Shown here: in pieces, positions 43,517 to 45,381 of the stretch
Layout of the letters: each line of letters begins with the position of its first letter
Position numbering within the stretch: position 1 is the stretch's first letter
Source: Candidatus Saccharimonadota bacterium
Lineage (GTDB): Bacteria > Patescibacteriota > Saccharimonadia > Saccharimonadales > Saccharimonadaceae
Direction: 5' to 3'
Assembly (NCBI GenBank): GCA_013332965.2
Contig: JABCPR020000048.1
Coordinates: 1 to 45,381 of the forward strand
DNA: 45,381 nt
Notes under the pieces: model-generated
The model's input: only the letters and a program-made list of their open reading frames with translations
Databases searched by the model: none
What the model was told of the DNA's origin: nothing
Translations under genes and position numbers: made by a program

Positions 43517-45292
43517 ATGGCGGAGACCCAAGAGAAGATTATTCAGATCGCAGGCTCAATCACGGTAGATGAATTGGCGGAGGCACTCGGGCTTTCGGTA
43601 ACCGCATTGATTGGCGAACTTTTTAAGCAGGGAATTATGGCGACAATTAATCAGCGCCTAGATTTTGATACTGCAAGCTTGATTATCGATGAACTGGAAA
43701 TTAAGAACGTAAAACTTGAACGTAAGAATACGGCAACAAAGCCATCGAATTTTCATAGTGAATTATCAGAGAAGGCCGTGTTGCGACCACCAGTAGTGGC
43801 GGTGATGGGGCACGTTGATCACGGTAAGACAACTTTACTAGACTCGTTGCTACACAAAAAGACAGTTGAGGGTGAGGCTGGTGGGATTACTCAACATATC
43901 TCGGCTTATCAGTTGAAACATGATGACCGCCTAATTACGTTCCTAGATACTCCTGGACATGAGGCCTTTGCGGCGATTCGTCAACACGGTGCGATGTTGA
44001 CCGATATTGTGGTGATTGTAGTAGCAGCAGATGATGGTGTGAAACCACAGACTGTGGAGGCAATTAAGTTTGCTCAGAGCGCAAACGCGAAGATTATCGT
44101 GGCAATTAATAAGATTGACCGCGAAGGGGCTGATATTCCGCGTACCATGGCGGATTTGGCGCAACACGGCTTGCAGCCTGAGGAGTGGGGTGGCGATATT
44201 ACAATGGTGCCGATTTCAGCCAAGCGTGGGGATAACCTAGAAAAATTGTTGGATATGATTTTACTTACGGCTGATCTTGAAGAGTTGAAGGCAGATGTGG
44301 AAATCCCAGCTGAGGGACTTGTGATTGAGTCTCACATGGAGGTTGGAAAAGGCTCTGTGGTGAATTTGCTGGTAACTGGCGGTGAACTAAAGACTGGTAA
44401 ATTTGTGGTGGCTGGAAGCGCTTATGGCAAGATTCGTACGATGATGGACTTCCGCGGTAAGCCAAAGGGGAAAGCGACTCCGTCGACTCCAGTGACTGTA
44501 ACTGGCTTTAAGGAATTGCCTAACTTCGGTGATCGTTTTATCGAGGTGAAGGATGAAAAGACTGCGAGAAAGCAGGCACTACTGAACGCTCAAGTGGAGG
44601 CTTCAGAGACGGCTTCGGCAAACGTAACTTCTACGGATCTTCTTCGCATGATGAATACGGCGGATAATTCAAAGGGCTTTAATGTGATTATTAAAGGTGA
44701 TGTGCTTGGCTCCGTGACATCCGTAATCGATTCTTTGAAGATGATTGATACAAAGGGTGAGATTTCTCTAAATATTGTATCTTCTGGCGTGGGTGACGTG
44801 ACCGAAAATGACGTCTATATGGCGGAAGGTGATAATACCGTGGTGTATGGTTTTAACGTGAATGTGCCAACTAATATTGTGAAGTTAGCAGCGAGAGATG
44901 GCGTGGAGATTCGCAATTATCGCGTGATTTATGAACTACTAGATGACGCTAAGGCTTCAATGGAGAACTTGCTTGATGATGAGGTAGTTGAGGAAGAAAC
45001 TGGCGAAATGAAGATCAAGGGCGTGTTTAGGACCGAACGTACGGCGATTATTGCTGGTGGTGAGGTGTTAACTGGCCGCGTTGGGGCTGGGATGCTGGGG
45101 CGAGTCTACCGCAATAAAGAGCTGATTGGCGAGGTTTCAGTAGATTCAGTGCAGAAGGAAAAAATGCAAGTGACCGAGTTGGTGGCTGGTGAAACGGGTG
45201 GTATTGCCTTCAATCTGGAGAAGAAGCTGGTGATTGAGCTTAATGACCGCGTGAAGTTCTTTACAAGGGAATTGCGTAAGAAGAAGCTCTAA
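43517..45292 (+). CDS. infB: Translation initiation factor IF-2 (short N-terminus)
   Basis: RPPVVAVMGHVDHGKTT, GGITQHI, DTPGHEAF and NKID motifs; AAGGAG RBS. Confidence 0.97.
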   Translation: MAETQEKIIQIAGSITVDELAEALGLSVTALIGELFKQGIMATINQRLDFDTASLIIDELEIKNVKLERKNTATKPSNFHSELSEKAVLRPPVVAVMGHVDHGKTTLLDSLLHKKTVEGEAGGITQHISAYQLKHDDRLITFLDTPGHEAFAAIRQHGAMLTDIVVIVVAADDGVKPQTVEAIKFAQSANAKIIVAINKIDREGADIPRTMADLAQHGLQPEEWGGDITMVPISAKRGDNLEKLLDMILLTADLEELKADVEIPAEGLVIESHMEVGKGSVVNLLVTGGELKTGKFVVAGSAYGKIRTMMDFRGKPKGKATPSTPVTVTGFKELPNFGDRFIEVKDEKTARKQALLNAQVEASETASANVTSTDLLRMMNTADNSKGFNVIIKGDVLGSVTSVIDSLKMIDTKGEISLNIVSSGVGDVTENDVYMAEGDNTVVYGFNVNVPTNIVKLAARDGVEIRNYRVIYELLDDAKASMENLLDDEVVEEETGEMKIKGVFRTERTAIIAGGEVLTGRVGAGMLGRVYRNKELIGEVSVDSVQKEKMQVTELVAGETGGIAFNLEKKLVIELNDRVKFFTRELRKKKL

Positions 45293-45303
45293 GATATAGG
45301 ATT

Positions 45304-45381
45304 TGAAGATATTTATTTTTTAAAACATACTTAAGGCTGAAAGACCTGAAGATATTTATGTTTTGAAAACACACTCAAGGC
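45304..45381 (+). repeat. Imperfect ~34-bp direct repeat at the window edge
   Basis: TGAAGATATTTATTTTTTAAAACATACTTAAGGC (45304-45337) vs TGAAGATATTTATGTTTTGAAAACACACTCAAGGC (45347-45381). Confidence 0.75.

Noticed and set aside
1963..44465. Numerous antisense and alternate-frame ORFs in the track (e.g. 1963-2352, 5628-6308, 7894-8433, 32530-32937)
   Set aside because: They overlap well-supported genes, have antisense-typical composition and show no motifs or expression signals.
45304..45381. Terminal repeats as a CRISPR array
   Set aside because: The gap is only 9 nt and the two copies differ at several positions.

Overview
A low-GC chromosomal segment, most consistent with a Saccharibacteria (TM7, CPR/Patescibacteria) genome. 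The inference rests on a DUF5663-type protein, a KGG protein, type-2 IleRS, compact S1/IF2/Rel and a reduced dcw cluster. Core genes: rpsA, rpsU, rplU, infB, ileS, def-fmt, map, two NMP kinases, priA, recJ, parAB, rel, nrdR, ftsA-ftsZ, ftsI-mraY-ftsW-murG-ftsQ-like, rsmH-ftsL-like, tRNA-Ala and tRNA-Asn. Accessory genes: peroxiredoxin, DUF1287, an alpha/beta hydrolase, a sufC-B-S-U operon without sufD, and a surface-protein locus with an LPxTG protein. No transposase, phage gene or CRISPR array was seen. The most unusual signals are non-coding: (1) a 36-nt tRNA-Ala minihelix (G3:U70, ACCA end) directly downstream of tRNA-Ala; (2) a ~220-nt multi-stem, probably pseudoknotted RNA with a 21-aa upstream ORF between rsmH and ftsL; (3) a promoter-led structured region where mraZ is expected; (4) a stem-closed candidate sRNA between def and priA. 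Also notable are a cysteine-free NrdR, at least 11 apparently leaderless genes, and unannotated small ORFs. All calls are by eye; no searches or folding programs were run.
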